Of a DNA stretch of 64,000 nt, positions 39,587-49,649 are shown piece by piece. Both the position numbers and the translations under genes were made by a program. The notes beneath the pieces were generated by a model, which worked only from the letters and a program-made list of their open reading frames with translations, was not told the DNA's origin and ran no database searches. Each line of letters starts with the position of its first letter. The first letter of the stretch is position 1. Where the stretch lies: the NCBI GenBank assembly GCA_002010065.2, contig MTMD02000002.1, positions 1 to 64,000 of the forward strand, written 5' to 3'. The stretch comes from Candidatus Pyrohabitans jungbluthii (GTDB taxonomy: Archaea > Hydrothermarchaeota > Hydrothermarchaeia > Hydrothermarchaeales > BMS3B).

Positions 39587-40875
39587 TCTTCATTCAAAAC
39601 CTCAATAAGCTGTCCCTGGCGCAGGCGAAGCTCGGGAGATGGAAACTTTGCTTTACCGGCCTCAATAATCCTGACAACCTGAAAGGGAAGCTCGGCGATG
39701 CGCTTTCCTGCTAATGAGGCGTCAACATTTATGAACTCGCGCCTCTTCTCGCGCAGCACCCGTGAGGGTGGGGTTATTTTCAGTTTACCCTCTTCCTCAA
39801 GTTTAAGAAGTATATCCACAATTTTTTTGGCAGAGTCGCCCTTGCCGAAGGGATTCTCTGCTGCTTTCATGGCCTGGTAAACGCTCTGGTCGCCGAGAAC
39901 GCGCTTTACCGTGCGGACTATCCCAGCTTTCTCAACTCCAGCTAAGACGTTCCCTCCAGCTTCGACGGTTTCTGGCCTCTCCGTCGAGGTTCGCAGGGTT
40001 ATGCATGGCGTGTGGAGCACTATCGCCTCTTCCTGCACCCCACCTGAGTCTGTGAGCACCAGCTTTGCCCTGCTCAGCAGCATGAGGAAGTCCAGGTAGC
40101 CAACCGGCGGAAGGAGGCGAAGCTTCTTCTCCACCTTCTCCAGAAGCCCAAACTCCGCTAACCTTCGCCGTGTGCGCGGGTGCGCAGGGAACACTATCTC
40201 TTCCTCAAGCTCCAGGAGTGCTTCAATTATGCCGGTGAGTCTCTCTTTGCGGTCCACATTCTCAGCGCGGTGCAGTGTGAGTAGGAGAAAATCCTCCGGC
40301 AAAGCTTCAAGAATGCGGGAATTCTGCCTTGCTATCTCGAAATTCTGAAGCGTGGCGTCAACGATGGTGTTCCCAACGATGAATATTTTCTCAGGCAAAA
40401 TGCCCTCATTGATGAGGTTGAGCGCAGCCTTCTCGGTTGGTGCAAAAAGTACATCGCTGGCGTGGTCAGCCAGCACACGGTTTACCTCCTCCGGCATGGT
40501 GCGGTCGAAGCTTCTTAACCCTGCCTCAACGTGGGCAAACGCTACATGGAGCTTGGCACAAGCTAAAGCGGCGCTCAGCACCGAGTTGGTATCGCCCTCA
40601 GCGATAACTACGCTTGGCTTTTCTTTGAGGATTATCTCCTCCAGTGCCTCAAGTGCTCGCGCAGTCTGGTATGCGTGGCTTCCGGAGCCCACCTCCACAT
40701 TGTACTCTGGCCTGCGAAGCCCAAGCTCACGAATAAAATTCCAGAACAGCTCATCGTCGTAGTGCTGCCCGGTGGTGACGAAGGTATAGGCGATGTCGCG
40801 GGAATCCAACTCTCGCATTATGGGGGAGAGCTTTATCACCTCTGGGCGAGTGCTTGCCACGATAAGGGCGTGCAT
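39583..40875 (-). CDS. wecB: UDP-GlcNAc 2-epimerase with C-terminal RCK_C-like extension
   Basis: TRPEVIK, TGQH, HVEAGLRS, TDSGGVQEE, TERPE. Confidence 0.92.
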   Translation of the reverse strand: MHALIVASTRPEVIKLSPIMRELDSRDIAYTFVTTGQHYDDELFWNFIRELGLRRPEYNVEVGSGSHAYQTARALEALEEIILKEKPSVVIAEGDTNSVLSAALACAKLHVAFAHVEAGLRSFDRTMPEEVNRVLADHASDVLFAPTEKAALNLINEGILPEKIFIVGNTIVDATLQNFEIARQNSRILEALPEDFLLLTLHRAENVDRKERLTGIIEALLELEEEIVFPAHPRTRRRLAEFGLLEKVEKKLRLLPPVGYLDFLMLLSRAKLVLTDSGGVQEEAIVLHTPCITLRTSTERPETVEAGGNVLAGVEKAGIVRTVKRVLGDQSVYQAMKAAENPFGKGDSAKKIVDILLKLEEEGKLKITPPSRVLREKRREFINVDASLAGKRIAELPFQVVRIIEAGKAKFPSPELRLRQGQLIEVLNED

Positions 40876-41594
40876 TAGGCTATGTCCTCCCTGAGCTTGA
40901 CCACCTCGCCTATTACAGTAATCGCCGGAGGCTTGAGCTTCGCTTCCTGGGCACGCTCTATTATGTCGGCAAGCGTGCCAGTGATAACCCGCTGCTCCTC
41001 CAGCGTGCCCTTCTCGATTATTGCAACAGGCGTTGTTGGTGGGCGGGTTTTCCTGAACTCTTCTATTATCTTCGGCAGGTTCTTGACGCCCATGAGGATA
41101 ACCACAGTCTCAGCCTTAAGCGAGGCGTAGTCGAGACGTTCCTCCTTCTTCTCGGCAAGGTGGCCAGTGACCAGCGTTACGCTTGAGGCTATGCCGCGGT
41201 GAGTAACTGGTATACCGGCTAAGGCAGGCACCGCTATGGCGGAACTCACCCCGGGCACAACCTCTACGGCAATGCCGTGCTTGCGCAGAGCCAGAGCTTC
41301 TTCGCCCCCTCTGCCAAAGACAAAGGGGTCGCCTCCCTTGAGGCGAACCACGAGTTTGCCCTCCTCCGCCTTCTTTATGAGCAGCTGATTGATCTCCTCC
41401 TGGGTAAGGGTGTGCTTGCCCGCCTGCTTGCCAACGTATATCAGCTCCGCCCCGGGCTTTGCATAAGCTAGGAGCTTCCTGCTCACAAGGCGGTCGTAGA
41501 TTATAACGTCGGCGCTCTGGATGAGCTTCATACCCTTTACGGTTATCAGCTCCGGGTCCCCAGGACCCCCGCCCACGAGGTACACTTTTTTCAT
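40875..41594 (-). CDS. cobA: Uroporphyrinogen-III C-methyltransferase
   Basis: GGGPGDPEL, RLKGGDPFVFGRGGEE, PVTHR. Confidence 0.95.
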   Translation of the reverse strand: MKKVYLVGGGPGDPELITVKGMKLIQSADVIIYDRLVSRKLLAYAKPGAELIYVGKQAGKHTLTQEEINQLLIKKAEEGKLVVRLKGGDPFVFGRGGEEALALRKHGIAVEVVPGVSSAIAVPALAGIPVTHRGIASSVTLVTGHLAEKKEERLDYASLKAETVVILMGVKNLPKIIEEFRKTRPPTTPVAIIEKGTLEEQRVITGTLADIIERAQEAKLKPPAITVIGEVVKLREDIA

Positions 41595-42532
41595 TACCCT
41601 AACCCCAGGCTCTTCTTCAGCACCCCCACGTTAATCTCACCGGCGGTTGCAAGCTTTTTCTCCTCAATGTTGTTGACAATCACCTTCGCAGGGGCGAATA
41701 TCGCAGGGTTTATCTTGTAGAAGTCGTAGTTCGCCTCCTTGAAAATCTCCTCGAAGGTTTTGCCGTACGCCGGCGAGCCGCTGGAGGGGAGCTTCTCGGC
41801 GGGTATGCCTTCGCCCGCGAGGTAGACTTCGCCGCCGTAGATTATCATGTCGTTGGTGACGCCCATCATCTTGGCGTCGCCTCCAACAATAGGCGCCACT
41901 GGTGCAGTGCCGAATGCCGAGTATATCTTTGTGGTGTCGCACCCAATGTGCTGGGCTTTGTAGAGCGCTGTCTCAACAACGCGAGCGGAGATCTGCACCG
42001 CCCCTGCCAGCGAGGCAGTGCGCGCTATGAGTATATAGAGGTTCTCGGTTTCAATTCCACACTGCGAGGCGATGCTGCGCACGACCTCTTCGTCAGGATA
42101 CTTTCCCGCCTCCAGCGCGATGAGCGCCTCCTCGCTTTCCTCGGAGTACCCAAGCTCCTCATAGGTCTCCTTTGGCTTCTTCGCCAGTATCCTCGCGGGT
42201 CCAGAGCCCAGAGAGAAGAATCCCTCGCCCTTTATGCTCCACCCCGCCTTTTGCGAGGCTAAACACGCTATAGCCGGTTTTCGCGCTGTAACCTCGACGA
42301 CAGGCAAGGTAAGAGAACCGTAATCACGTGCGCTTAGCCTAACTTCTCCCAGACCGCCCATGCACGCCTCCGCAAAGAGCACTCCCGCAGCAAAGCTGCC
42401 CTTCGCCTTAACTCCGCAGTCTATCAGCGTAGCGCCGCCAACCTCGGCAACGCTTATCTCCAGCTCCTCCTGGCGACGAACCATCTCTCGCGCAATCTCA
42501 CAAGCCTCGCGGTTGAGATTCATAGCACTCAC
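41594..42532 (-). CDS. mch: Methenyl-H4MPT cyclohydrolase
   Basis: IDCG, ACLASQKAGW, GSGPAR, QISARVVET, TNDMIIYGG, DFYKI. Confidence 0.95.
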   Translation of the reverse strand: MSAMNLNREACEIAREMVRRQEELEISVAEVGGATLIDCGVKAKGSFAAGVLFAEACMGGLGEVRLSARDYGSLTLPVVEVTARKPAIACLASQKAGWSIKGEGFFSLGSGPARILAKKPKETYEELGYSEESEEALIALEAGKYPDEEVVRSIASQCGIETENLYILIARTASLAGAVQISARVVETALYKAQHIGCDTTKIYSAFGTAPVAPIVGGDAKMMGVTNDMIIYGGEVYLAGEGIPAEKLPSSGSPAYGKTFEEIFKEANYDFYKINPAIFAPAKVIVNNIEEKKLATAGEINVGVLKKSLGLG

Positions 42533-42578
42533 CTTTCATAAAAAATCCGGCACCGGGTATATAAATTTTGGCTGGACG

Positions 42579-44057
42579 CTAGCACATCATGAGGAAAAGC
42601 CAGAGGGGTGTGAAAACAATCTCATCCCTGTAGTCCAGCGCATCCTTTGTTATAACGATGCCCAAGCATTTGTCGTGCTCCCTCTGGAACTGCCTTATAC
42701 CTTTAAGTTCACTTTTGCGTATTTCATTTCTGTACTTGCACTCTATGGCCACGGGTCTTCTGGATACCTCAAAAACTATATCGACCTCTTTACCCTGCGC
42801 CGTCCTCCAATAAAATAGCTCCAGCCTGCTTCCCGGCTCTAAGTTGAATTTGAGCCTTCTGCAGTGGTCATGAACAATAGTTTCGACGATCTTGCCGAGT
42901 TCAGCTGCATCTTCGAGAAGCGTCTCACGCAACTCACCAACAATGGCGTTTCTTAGTCCCACATTGCTAAGGTAAAGCTTCTTCGCTTTTCTAATCCTGG
43001 ATGCCCTGCTTTTAGAATAAAACTCAGCCCTGCTCGAAAGGAACACCGATTCTAAATAATTCAGGTACTTTATCAGAGTGTCTTTTTTTAGTCCCAATGT
43101 CCCGGATAAACTCGAATAATCAACCCGTTGAGAGGACTGGTCGGCTATCAAAATAACAAGCTCTTCCAGCGCTCTGGGGTCGCGCAGATTGAAAATCCTG
43201 ATAATGTCTTTGTATATTGTAAGGTTTAGGTAAGTTCTGAGCTTTTCAGCACACTCATCTAGTGACTCAATCTCTAAAAGTCCGGGATAACCGTCTTTGA
43301 GAAGATACGTCTGTAGATGAATTTTAATTTCATCCTCATATGGTACAAGGCTTGAGTAGGACTCTCTCAGCGCACTATAAAACAGGCTGGGATTAGATTT
43401 TTTAATAGAATCAACAAAAGCGTCTCTAAGAGTCCTATTGACCATCTTAAAAATAGAGTCCTTCTTGGGCATGTGATACCTCAGGAAATCCAGAAACTTC
43501 AGAGGAAACATAATTTGAATGGTTATTCTGCCCGCTAGGGATTCAGAACTTCCCTGTAGAATGTTTGCGCTTGAGGAGTCTGAGATTATGAACTTTATTG
43601 GGTACTTCAGGTCATACCAACCCTTGAGGACATGGCTCCAGTTTTCAAGCTTGCAAACCTCGTCGAGGAATACATATATCCTGTCACCAAGCTTGGAAAT
43701 GGGTTCTTTAAGAACCTGGGTGGAGTATATCTCAAGGATATCGTTCAGCGGGGTATCCATAATAGTGGTGAGATACGGGTAGTCAAAGGAGACATAAAGA
43801 ATACGCTTTGGATTCACTTTTTTCTCACGTATAAGGTGTTCAATCAGCTGGTATATCATGGTTGTTTTTCCAACCTGTCTCGGTCCAATTATGGCGGTTA
43901 TCTCCCCTTCACCCAACCTTTTATCTCTGATGACGTAAAAATCACGCCTTTTAAATGGTTTTGTTAGGTTCTTAGGCACGCTGGCAGTCTCCCACCAGGG
44001 GTTCTGACGGTGAAGCAACTTTATAACTTTTTGTTCAATGTCTCTTTGCATGACCAT
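42579..44057 (-). CDS. AAA_14/DUF4143 ATPase (COG1373-like), AT-richer
   Basis: GPRQVGKTT, FLDEV, ESLAGR, GYP, KEVD..IECK. Confidence 0.88.
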   Translation of the reverse strand: MVMQRDIEQKVIKLLHRQNPWWETASVPKNLTKPFKRRDFYVIRDKRLGEGEITAIIGPRQVGKTTMIYQLIEHLIREKKVNPKRILYVSFDYPYLTTIMDTPLNDILEIYSTQVLKEPISKLGDRIYVFLDEVCKLENWSHVLKGWYDLKYPIKFIISDSSSANILQGSSESLAGRITIQIMFPLKFLDFLRYHMPKKDSIFKMVNRTLRDAFVDSIKKSNPSLFYSALRESYSSLVPYEDEIKIHLQTYLLKDGYPGLLEIESLDECAEKLRTYLNLTIYKDIIRIFNLRDPRALEELVILIADQSSQRVDYSSLSGTLGLKKDTLIKYLNYLESVFLSSRAEFYSKSRASRIRKAKKLYLSNVGLRNAIVGELRETLLEDAAELGKIVETIVHDHCRRLKFNLEPGSRLELFYWRTAQGKEVDIVFEVSRRPVAIECKYRNEIRKSELKGIRQFQREHDKCLGIVITKDALDYRDEIVFTPLWLFLMMC

Positions 44058-44121
44058 TATATGGGGTGTGTTGGTATATAAATTTAACAAATATAATGGT
44101 CATGTTAGAGGTATTTACAGC

Positions 44122-44313
44122 TTAGCGGTCACCAGAAGCCACCGCGTTAAGCTCTTCCAGCAGCTTCTCCAGGTCGAGCTTCCTCAGCTTCGCCTGCTTC
44201 TCGATGGTGGAGAGGGCGTCGCACTCGCATATACCGTAGCGGTTGAGGAGCTCTGCGGCGCGGGGATAGTGCTTGTAAACCTCATAAACGCGCGTCTTTG
44301 CCGTAATCTTCAT
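44122..44313 (-). CDS. DUF1858/ScdA-N-like small protein
   Basis: ITAKT.V.EV...YP, GICEC, LEKLLEELN. Confidence 0.7.
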   Translation of the reverse strand: MKITAKTRVYEVYKHYPRAAELLNRYGICECDALSTIEKQAKLRKLDLEKLLEELNAVASGDR

Positions 44314-45041
44314 CAGTACTTCCTCCCGAAGGCCAGGTATCCGGTGTGCCCCAGCATCCTCGTTTTCGGGCGAGTCCCGACTTTCTTAACCTCAATCTCC
44401 CGCTCCAGAATCTCTATAACCCGCTTGTCCTTGAAGTTCGCCTCCTGCATCGCAAGGTAAGCCTTGCGTATCTGCTCTATGTAGGGGTTGTACACCGCAA
44501 TAAAGCCCCCGTGGCGCAGCGCTTCGTAGGCGTGGGGAATCGCCAGCCAGGGATCTGGCATGTCGAAAACTACAACGTCAACCTCGCGCTCCTCTATACC
44601 CTGACGCACGTCAGCGAGCTTCGCCTCAATCCTATCCTCTACGCCAGCCTTGGCGAAGTTTTTCCTGGCAATCTCCAGGTGGTCCTCACGTATCTCGTAG
44701 GTGTACACCTTGCCCTCGCTGCCCACGATGTGGGCGAGGTAGATTGCAAGCGCTCCTGTACCTGTGCCCGCCTCGACGACGCGCGAGCCAGAGCCTATGC
44801 CGGTGTATGCGATTATCGGCCCTATCTCCTTCTTGAGGATTATGCTCCCAGCGCGGGGGAGCTTGTCATAGTAGTCCACTACAGTGGGCTCCAGCAGGTA
44901 GAACTCATGTCCCAGGTGGGAGCGCAGCTTGTCTCCAGGCTTGGCATCGCTGAGCTTCACCACCCCTAGGCTCGTGTGAAACTCCTCCACATCCTCTCGC
45001 AAAAGGTACTTCTTACCCCGCTTGTCTATTAGCAGCTTCAC
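44313..45041 (-). CDS. trmI: tRNA m1A58 methyltransferase
   Basis: EAGTGTG, YEIREDH, DMPDPW, RP..RMLGHTGYL. Confidence 0.92.
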   Translation of the reverse strand: MKLLIDKRGKKYLLREDVEEFHTSLGVVKLSDAKPGDKLRSHLGHEFYLLEPTVVDYYDKLPRAGSIILKKEIGPIIAYTGIGSGSRVVEAGTGTGALAIYLAHIVGSEGKVYTYEIREDHLEIARKNFAKAGVEDRIEAKLADVRQGIEEREVDVVVFDMPDPWLAIPHAYEALRHGGFIAVYNPYIEQIRKAYLAMQEANFKDKRVIEILEREIEVKKVGTRPKTRMLGHTGYLAFGRKY

Positions 45042-45292
45042 CTAAAACCTCCTCTGTAGAACAGGAAGTAAACAACTAAGATAAGCACAATGGTTAGGAG
45101 GAGCACAGTCTTAACGCTCTGGGCATCGCTCCCGAAAACTATGGGGAAGGGGCCGATAAGCACCACGCCACCGCCGCGGACCTCTGCCTTGCCTTCGCCG
45201 CCCCTGATAACGCCGCTCAGCATGCCCGTGAATATCAGAATCATACCTATGAATACCAGAAGGATGCCCATGCCTATCAGCTCTTCCCTCAT
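45038..45292 (-). CDS. DUF131 membrane protein
   Basis: GGGVVLIGPFPIVFGSD. Confidence 0.88.
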   Translation of the reverse strand: MREELIGMGILLVFIGMILIFTGMLSGVIRGGEGKAEVRGGGVVLIGPFPIVFGSDAQSVKTVLLLTIVLILVVYFLFYRGGFR

Positions 45293-45366
45293 GCTACCCA
45301 CCAAAGCTTTTTATACAACTGCGTATTTAATGACTATGATTTCTTTCTTATTTCCGGAGGTCTAAC

Positions 45367-46230
45367 ATGTCAAAGCTTGATGAATTTCTTGCCATGGATA
45401 TAAGGAAGTTCATGGTATTGCCCATTGGCATGCTCCTCGCGGGCTTGGTAATCGTCATAACGGGCTACACCTCGGGTACGCTTCCCATGAGCATTGACTT
45501 CAAGGGCGGGACGCTGCTCATCGCCCCTGCACAGGGAGATGTTGAGAACATTGCAGAGGAGCTGGCGGCAGAGCTCGGGTATGAGGTCAAAACCCGGGTG
45601 GTAAGCGACGCCTTCGGTAACAAAGAGCTGGAGATATTCATAAACCATGCGCTGAGCAGCGAGGAAGTTAAGAGGGCAAGGGAGGTGCTCTCACACTATG
45701 GGATAGGCGAGGAGAGCATAGCCAGCGACATAATCTCACCTTCGCTGGGAGAAACATTCTTCAGGCAGGCTATCTACGCGCTGCTCTTCGCCTTCGCCTT
45801 CATGGCGGTCACCATCTTCTTAAGGTTCAGGACATTTGTGCCTAGCATAGCGGTGGTTCTCTCAGCCTTTTCAGACATCGTGGTAACCCTGGCGATGATG
45901 TCCCTCTTGGGAATTGAGCTATCCAAGGGCTCGCTACTTGCCCTCCTCCTTCTGGTGGGCTACTCTGTGGATACGGACATACTGCTCACCACCCGCGTTC
46001 TCGTGCACAGAGAGGGCGACTTGGTAGCGAGGATTAAGCGCGCTATGGAGACAGGCTTGACCATGAGCATAACCACCTTCACAGCCATGCTTGTACTTTT
46101 CTTAGTTTCCTCATCCAAAGTGCTGGACGACGTTGCGATGGTGATAATGATAGGCATGCTCGTTGACATAATCAACACATGGATTCAGAATGTGGGAATA
46201 CTTCGCTGGTATGTGGAGCGGAGAGCATGA
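45367..46230 (+). CDS. secF: Protein translocase subunit SecF
   Basis: IDFKGGT, GYSVDTDILLT. Confidence 0.92.
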   Translation: MSKLDEFLAMDIRKFMVLPIGMLLAGLVIVITGYTSGTLPMSIDFKGGTLLIAPAQGDVENIAEELAAELGYEVKTRVVSDAFGNKELEIFINHALSSEEVKRAREVLSHYGIGEESIASDIISPSLGETFFRQAIYALLFAFAFMAVTIFLRFRTFVPSIAVVLSAFSDIVVTLAMMSLLGIELSKGSLLALLLLVGYSVDTDILLTTRVLVHREGDLVARIKRAMETGLTMSITTFTAMLVLFLVSSSKVLDDVAMVIMIGMLVDIINTWIQNVGILRWYVERRA

Positions 46231-47534
46231 GCTTCGAGGAGATATTCAGGATTCGTAGGGTGCAGGTTCTTCTAGCCCTTGTGATTCTCTCACTGCTTTC
46301 CATGTTCGCCCATGACCCCCCTCTATCCTTAGGCTGGGACCTGAGCGGTGGCAGCGAGCTCAAGGTGAAGACTGAGCAACCCTTACCCTATGTAACGCCT
46401 GACGGCACCACCGTGACCATGGAGCTCATCGTGGAGATAATGACAAAACGAATGAACGGGCTGGGCATAAAGGACTTCTCAATCTCACCCTGGGGCAACC
46501 AGTATCTAATTATCGACTTCGCGGGCATAGACCCGGAGCAAGCGAGGGAGCTTGTTGAAAGGCAGGGTAAGCTGGTGGTGAAGGTGGGCAACTACACCGC
46601 CTTCACGGGCAGTGAGCTCGTGCGAATTGCGCCGTACACGAAAAGCCTGAGCACAGGAAAGTGGGAGGTGCCCTTTACCATAAGCGAAGATGCAGCGCAG
46701 CGCTTCCGTGAGGTCGCCATTAAGGCGCTTGAAGACGCTGGTATAGACCCGGCGAGTGTTACCAACTTCGAAGCTCTTGCCAACGACCCGCGCGTCCCCT
46801 GGGTAGAGATGTACCTCGACGACATGCTGGTGAACAGCGCGCCCATAGGTGGTAGCCTCTGGCAGGAGTTCATCGTCGCTGGCAAGGCACCCCGCGATCT
46901 GGTACTTGAAACCGGCTCTGACCCAGAGGCTGAGGCTCAGGCGAAGAGCGTTGAGGTGGTGCTCCGCTCAGGCGCGCTGCCCATAAAGCTTGAGGTCGTC
47001 TCAGTCTCAAATGTGCCCCCAGAGCTTGGCTTGCAGTTTGCCAAAAATGCTATGGTCGCGGGCATATTCGCGGTTATCACCGTCGCCCTGGTGATATTCC
47101 TGCGCTACCGCGAAGTTGGGATAGTGCTGCCCATAATCGCAACGGGTATATCTGAGGTGATAATAATCCTAGGCATCGCCTCCCTGATACGCTGGGACCT
47201 CGACCTTCCCGCAATCGCTGGAATAATCGCCGCCGTAGGTACTGGCGTTGACGACCAGATTGTTATAACCGACGAGGTGCTGCTCCAGCGCACATACTCC
47301 ATGCGTTCCCGCATAAAGCGAGCTTTCTTCATAATCTTCTCAGCGTGGTTCACCACCGTCGCTGCCATGGTGCCGCTGTTCATGATAGGCATGGCGGCAC
47401 TGAAGGGCTTCGCTCTAACCACGATAATGGGCGTAACCATTGGAGTCTTCATCACCCGCCCTGCGTATGCAAGAATTGTGGAGCACCTCTTTGGAAAAAC
47501 TAGAAGAGTCAGGAAGAGGAAAGACAAGAGGTAG
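46227..47534 (+). CDS. secD: Protein translocase subunit SecD
   Basis: GWDLSGG, LRSGALP, GTGVDDQIVI, GFALTT. Confidence 0.92.
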   Translation: MSFEEIFRIRRVQVLLALVILSLLSMFAHDPPLSLGWDLSGGSELKVKTEQPLPYVTPDGTTVTMELIVEIMTKRMNGLGIKDFSISPWGNQYLIIDFAGIDPEQARELVERQGKLVVKVGNYTAFTGSELVRIAPYTKSLSTGKWEVPFTISEDAAQRFREVAIKALEDAGIDPASVTNFEALANDPRVPWVEMYLDDMLVNSAPIGGSLWQEFIVAGKAPRDLVLETGSDPEAEAQAKSVEVVLRSGALPIKLEVVSVSNVPPELGLQFAKNAMVAGIFAVITVALVIFLRYREVGIVLPIIATGISEVIIILGIASLIRWDLDLPAIAGIIAAVGTGVDDQIVITDEVLLQRTYSMRSRIKRAFFIIFSAWFTTVAAMVPLFMIGMAALKGFALTTIMGVTIGVFITRPAYARIVEHLFGKTRRVRKRKDKR

Positions 47535-47537
47535 AGC

Positions 47538-48194
47538 ATGTACATCATAATAGTTGGCGCTTCCAAGATCGGCTTGGCCCTTGCTAGGCTCCTCATAGAG
47601 GAGAAGAGCAATGTGGTTATGGTGGAGAAGGACGAGGCGAAGGCAAAGGAGATAGCCGAGGAGATAGACGCTCTGGTGATAAACGGGAGCGGAACTGAGA
47701 TAGATGTGCTCAGGGAGGCGGGGGCTGAGAAGGCGGACGTTATTGTCAGCGCCACAAGTGATGATGCTGTAAATTTAATGGTGTGCGAACTTGCCAGGAT
47801 GCTCGGCATTCAGCGCAGAATCACCCTCTCCCAGAACCCTAAACATGAGGAGATTTTTAAAGAAGTTGGAGTGGAGCAGATAATCTACCCCAGCAGGACT
47901 ATAGCCAAGTACATCCGGAATTTGATACTCCGTCCAGGGGTTAAGAGCGTGCTTACCACCATGCAAGACGCGGACATAATCGAGATTACAATACCCGAGG
48001 ATGCGCTGGTGGTGGGCAAGGAGATTCGCGAGATAGGAATGCCCGAAGGCTCGACGATAGCCGCTATCCATCGAAACGGTGAGCTTATTATACCTCGAGG
48101 AAGCACTGTACTCAAGGCAGGGGACAGGCTCACAATCCTCGCGAAGGTGGGCGTGGTTGAGAAGGTGGCAAACCTTATTAAAGAGAGGGCTTAG
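47538..48194 (+). CDS. trkA: Trk K+ uptake regulatory subunit
   Basis: RCK_N plus RCK_C (IIPRGSTVLKAGD). Confidence 0.9.
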   Translation: MYIIIVGASKIGLALARLLIEEKSNVVMVEKDEAKAKEIAEEIDALVINGSGTEIDVLREAGAEKADVIVSATSDDAVNLMVCELARMLGIQRRITLSQNPKHEEIFKEVGVEQIIYPSRTIAKYIRNLILRPGVKSVLTTMQDADIIEITIPEDALVVGKEIREIGMPEGSTIAAIHRNGELIIPRGSTVLKAGDRLTILAKVGVVEKVANLIKERA

Positions 48195-48195
48195 C

Positions 48196-49566
48196 TCAGC
48201 TTTTTCTCAGGGCTGTTAAGAGGGTTAGCACTGGGATAATCTCCAGCCTGCCTATCCACATGTGGAATATCATCACCACCTTTTCAATGGGGGTGTACTG
48301 GGTAAGCACCACCAAGCCATTGTTGCCCTGCGCAGAGGATATCATGAAGAGCGCGTCCATGAGGTCATGCCCCAAGAGTATGAAAATAAAGGTGCCCAGG
48401 GTGAGGAAGAAGAGGTAGAGCAGGGCAAAGAGCAGGGTGGAGAACACCTCCTCCTCACTGAAAACCTTGTCCTGGATTTTGAATGGTATCACCTGCCTTC
48501 GCGGGGAGGTTATCTTGCGAATAAACCACTCTATCGCCTTGAGAATTATGACGAACCTTATCACCTTCATCCCGCCCGCGGTTGAGCCGTAGCCACCGCC
48601 GATGTTCAGAAGGAGAAGCAGGTAGTACTTGGAAAGCTCGCTAAGCGAGGAGACATCTATGCTTGCGAAGCCCGTGGTTGTGAGGGCGGAGATTGTGGTG
48701 AACGCCGCATCCACCGCCGGCACGCCGTCGAGGTAGAGAAGGAGGGAGAACACCACAACGATGGCGAGTATCGCCCGAACCTCGATGTTTGAGAAGAACT
48801 TCCTGAAGTCGCCCTCCATCCAGCGCTGGTGTAATGCGAAGCTTATGCCTCCGAGGAGCATGAAGAGCATCGTAACCAGCTTCACCTGGGGAGAGATTCC
48901 CATATAACTGTCATCGTTGGGCGAGAAACCACCTGAGGATAAAGCGGTTAGCGCGTGGTTTACTGCCTCGAAAACGCTGGCGCCGCTGAGGTAGAGTGCC
49001 AGTATAGCGGCGAGGGTTAAGTAGGAGTATATGTAGAATATCTTGCGCGCAGTCCTCGCCATGCTGGGCTCAAGGCGCTCACTCCTCGCCTCTGCCACGT
49101 AGAGCTTCGCCGCCACGTTGGTGGGAGCAAAGATGGCGAGGAAGAGCACCACTATGCCCACGCCCCCAATCCACTCTGTCAAGCTTCGCCAGAAGAGCAC
49201 GCTTTTGGGAAGCTGGCTTGGCGTAAAGACTGAGATGCCCGTCGTGGTGAAGCCGGCCATTGCCTCGAAGTAGGCGTCGAGGAGCTCTGCCTTTGAGGCG
49301 AGCACGTAGGGCGTGCCCCCTATGAGAGCGATTAAAAGCCAGCCCAGGGCGGAGATGATAAAAGCTAAACGGAGGTCAAGCTCTTTTTTTGGCGCAAGCT
49401 TCTGGAGTAGAAAACCTGCGAACATGCTGGCAATCGCCGGCAGAAGAAAAGCTGGAGCAACGCTGTACTCCCTGAGCAATAAACTTGCGAGGCTGGGCAG
49501 GAGGAGCAGCAGACCCATGCTGAGCGTTATAGTGCCCAGATAGTGAAGCACAGTCATCATGGCCAA
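48196..49566 (-). CDS. trkH: Trk K+ uptake membrane subunit
   Basis: GFTTTG, SSGGF, TTTGF, GSTAGGMK, MWIGRLE. Confidence 0.92.
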   Translation of the reverse strand: MAMMTVLHYLGTITLSMGLLLLLPSLASLLLREYSVAPAFLLPAIASMFAGFLLQKLAPKKELDLRLAFIISALGWLLIALIGGTPYVLASKAELLDAYFEAMAGFTTTGISVFTPSQLPKSVLFWRSLTEWIGGVGIVVLFLAIFAPTNVAAKLYVAEARSERLEPSMARTARKIFYIYSYLTLAAILALYLSGASVFEAVNHALTALSSGGFSPNDDSYMGISPQVKLVTMLFMLLGGISFALHQRWMEGDFRKFFSNIEVRAILAIVVVFSLLLYLDGVPAVDAAFTTISALTTTGFASIDVSSLSELSKYYLLLLLNIGGGYGSTAGGMKVIRFVIILKAIEWFIRKITSPRRQVIPFKIQDKVFSEEEVFSTLLFALLYLFFLTLGTFIFILLGHDLMDALFMISSAQGNNGLVVLTQYTPIEKVVMIFHMWIGRLEIIPVLTLLTALRKS

Positions 49567-49649
49567 ACCCTCTTCTCATGCCGGGAAAAGAACACCAATA
49601 TAACCTTTTCTGTAATATTAAACCTCTGGCTGTTTCACAGTGCTAAAAT

